From the NCBI RefSeq assembly GCF_001186125.1, contig NW_014040250.1:49933-90765 (forward strand): 40,833 nucleotides of DNA, read 5' to 3'. Shown in pieces: positions 37,701 to 40,833 of this stretch; positions within the stretch are counted from its first letter, which is position 1; each line of letters begins with the position of its first letter. A program made the position numbers and the translations under genes. This stretch comes from Sphaeroforma arctica JP610 (lineage: Eukaryota). Below the pieces are notes generated by a model. The model did no database searches. It was not told the DNA's origin and saw nothing but the letters and a program-made list of their open reading frames with translations.

Positions 37701-40700
37701 TGTCACCTCATCGACAAAGTGCACCTCAGCCCTCAACGACCCCTTGGCTCCACAATCATTGCGAGCTTTGCTCACGCAATTCGGGTGCGACACTACACCA
37801 CACTTGTCACATTTGCACACACTGTTGCCTTGACCAAGCAACACGCCCTGGCAGATGGCACAGAAGACGGACACGTTGACGACAGTGGTTTGGAATACGT
37901 GTGGAATGCCATTGTCCCTGTCCTTCGTCTCAGCAGAAAGAGGAAACCTGTTTGATCCAGCAATGGCAGTTAGTGTTGCACGAGCTCGATATGTGCGTGT
38001 GATATTGCTAGTAACGTTTTCCCTCCCCCGCGCTGTGGCTGTAGTAGCCTATATCTGGAAGTGTTTGTGCGGTACATGGCGAAGCACCTTACTCTCCAAA
38101 ATATGTGTCAGAGGGTCTAGTCGTAGTGGTTATTGTGGGAGTCACAGTTGTAGCCCAATACATTACTCGGTGAATTCAAAAACTGCTTCAATGACAAGCG
38201 TGTGGTGTTGGTAGCTCAAACAAGCACGTGGCCGTGAGACACAAAGAATGGTGGGTTTAATCGGCATGTATCTTGTACCCTATTTGATGTGTACGCATGA
38301 GTAGCTTACCAAAGCTCGTGCGCAATCGAATCTTGTGCCAGGAAAAGACGTGGAATGTTCACCTGCCCCAGCAGAACGTCCTTGAAGATGCGTTGCTTGG
38401 ACCACACCTCGATTATACACTTGCTGAAATTCGCCGAATTAAGGGCAATCTCAAAGCTTTGGTCCCAGAAGGGATTCTGCGTTTTCTTCTGCGTGCGTGT
38501 CTTGTAGTTACACACCAGCCCATCGTCTACGCGCACTGCACAGTACACTTGAGTGTCATCCTCGCTGCTGAATGTGGGTAGGTTCTTCGCCTCAATGACT
38601 CTCAGTTTGAGCGTACGCTCCTGTAGACACGCGCCACTGTTTGGTCGGGAAGTTGAGTTGGCTTTGCCTCTGTTGCCCACTTTCCACTTCTTCTCCTTCT
38701 CTTTATCTTTCCCGCTGTCCGTACCGCTGCCGTTTGCTTGGGTCTAAATAGAAACCAAGACGACAATATATAAGTACACGCACGCGCGATGTGGTCTCCC
38801 GTTTACTTTCGGAATGACAATACTGATTCGCCCAAGGTTCAAGTTCTGTTCGGCGCTACACCCTACACATATCAACGGGAGCGAGTGTAGTTTTCTCTGA
38901 AGTTAAAGCATAAACCTAGCTACGATCTTACCTGTGTGCTTTGCTCGTGGTCATCGCCTTCAGATCCGTCAAGTGAAGATATCAAACTGGAGTACAGCAT
39001 GGGCGTACGCCTGCAGGTAGCCATGTGTGACTTGTGTGTTGGGGTTGGTGAGCGTGGCTGAGAGGGTGCTTTGATGTTCGAGTTGGTACGAGAGCGTACG
39101 TTACTTAGTGCAAAGTGTGTTGCGTCAGACAGCTCCTCGAGGCTCTCGATAGTCACAAGACAACTACTACTCTTACCCTTCGCCACACGCAGATGAGGTC
39201 TGCCCGTAGTAACCTTGGGGGGTAGGCGAGACAACTTGGATGAATCAGTGGGTGATGATATGGGAGAAGTCTCGAGTGGTTCTGCGTGGAGGTGTGTGAG
39301 TGAGGTGTTGGGAGATGATGCTGGCGACGATAGTGGGGATGTGCTGCCGTAGCTCTGCTTGACGAGACACAGCTGGTGCATGTTCACTGCATCATTGACC
39401 TTTCGGCGAGCTTTTGGACTGATGAAAGTTCCGCTATCTGTGTGTTAAAGAACGTTGCGGAATTACGATGAACACCTTTCAATAGCTGCGAAGGTTTCTA
39501 AAGGCATTAATTCGATGACAGCATCGTAGACAAAGAACTCGAGCATCAGTACAGCACTCGCATCCATCTGCAATTCTTCTTTTGTAGTGTCCGTACGAGA
39601 TGTGAAGCTGAAAGCAATAGAATATGCACGGAGTTAATATGTAGTGACATCTCACACCTTTATTCGTGGCACGACCGTCTGTGCTCGCACTCCGTCTCAG
39701 TGAACAGGGTGAAGCGGAGCCGTCCGGCTGCGACACCGTTGAGATGAATTCCAGAGACTCGAATCCGTTTTCTTGTGAAGACTCAAGACTCGGCGATGAT
39801 GGTTTTTGAGATCGCCTGGTGGTTCGCCGCACTATCTCGGGGATATATATCATTTTCTTCTTTCCATCTTTGCCCTCGTTTCCGTTACTTAGGCTTTCTG
39901 TATACACGTGAAAACATGAGTTAGGGTGCAGATATAAGTAAATAATTGCCAAATGAAGACAGCAAGACGGGACGGCGCAAATACACTCGGTGTATACCGC
40001 TGTCAATCTAAGCTTTCCGGTCAGTTGACCCGTCAGTGGAATAATCAACTCGATTCCTTGTGTTGGTAAAGATATTGTATATCTGGTAAAGATATTGTAT
40101 ATCTGGTAAAGATATTGTATATCTGGTAAAGATATCGTATATCTGGTAGATAAGAGTTGTTGCATGACATGATTGATTCTGTCATTGATGTCTAATGGCA
40201 TGAATGCATGAACAATCTCACAAACCTAGGGATATGGAGCCTGTTCGCGAACCGATCATTGAAGGTTTCTTGCCCAAGTTGCAGTGTGCAGCAGCTCCAG
40301 ATAATGTGGACATGAGGCTCCTTCTACGCTGTGGTTCAGTCCGAGAATCTTCAGTCTTCAGCGGTACCCTACGAGATTTTATATGTTTAATTTAATCAAA
40401 TACTTTCTTTGATGAACATATGCCATATACACCAGCACGACTATGAATGGTCTCATTTGATTGCAGCTAACTATAAAGCGTCCTGTTTATAAGAGATACA
40501 TACGTGCCAACCGTCATCTCTGGCAGGATCTTGAACCAATTGGCGTCGCCCATAAATGGAGCAGCGGCTGTCATGTGTGCAATCACGTTGCGATGTATCA
40601 GAAGGTTGCCAATGGTGATTGCATCACGTCCGTCTCTGGCAAATTTCTTGCTGATGAGCCACATAACCAATTCACTGCCTTGAAACGACTCTTTCACTGG

Positions 40701-40722
40701 CTTGCGGGAGAATGTAGACGCT
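34799..40722 (-). CDS. Ras GTPase-activating protein with DEP, C2 and C1 domains (5' end outside the window)
   Basis: Minus-strand exons, phases consistent: 40722-40504, 40368-40226, 39897-39658, 39437-38932, 38743-38310, 37947-37557, 37404-37257, 36952-36852, 36668-36409, 36130-35944, 35731-34799. DEP: SFQGSELVMWLI...AITIGNLLIHRNVIAH. C2: LKLRVIEAKNL...KTRTQKKTQNPFWDQSF. C1 Cys/His pattern present. RasGAP: arginine finger TIFRGNSLASK, FLFLRFFNPAILSPKQFGL, RTLKLISKTIQNIAN...KEMYMRPLN. The 3' end is uncertain because a gtaagt donor overlaps the stop. Confidence 0.88.
40063..40148 (+). repeat. 20-bp tandem repeat (TGGTAAAGATATTGTATATC x~4) in a RasGAP intron
   Basis: Seen directly. Confidence 0.88.
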
Positions 40723-40833
40723 CTGCAAATGAATTGATATTGATAGTGAAGGATTAGAGATTTTAGTTGCAATAATAACTGTTGGTATGTATCTACACAA
40801 ATTAATAGATAAGGACTCTTGTCGTAAACTATA

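Overview
Eukaryotic, intron-rich genomic DNA with GT-AG introns, four N-gaps and many intronic mini- and microsatellites. The gene content resembles a unicellular holozoan or other opisthokont, which is an inference rather than an identification. Manual splicing recovers four genes. (1) A 17-exon RECQ5-like helicase on + (1335-14047, ~685 aa) with helicase, Zn-binding and KIX/IRI-like domains that stops immediately after the KIX. (2) A 19-exon topoisomerase III-alpha on - (27591-15552, ~1620 aa), tail-to-tail with the helicase and ~1.5 kb away. Its C-terminus is greatly enlarged with RGG, PIP-like and SIM-like motifs, five GRF fingers and two CCHC knuckles. (3) A 2-exon MYND plus C2HC/C2H2 zinc-finger gene on - (31688-28803). 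(4) A 5'-partial DEP-C2-C1-RasGAP gene on - (40722 and beyond to 34799). The most interesting signals are the RecQ5-Top3alpha gene pair, the unusual domain architectures, and intronic repeats built from duplicated exon/intron (AG|GT) junctions in both genes of the pair. Most short ORFs in the supplied track are spurious.
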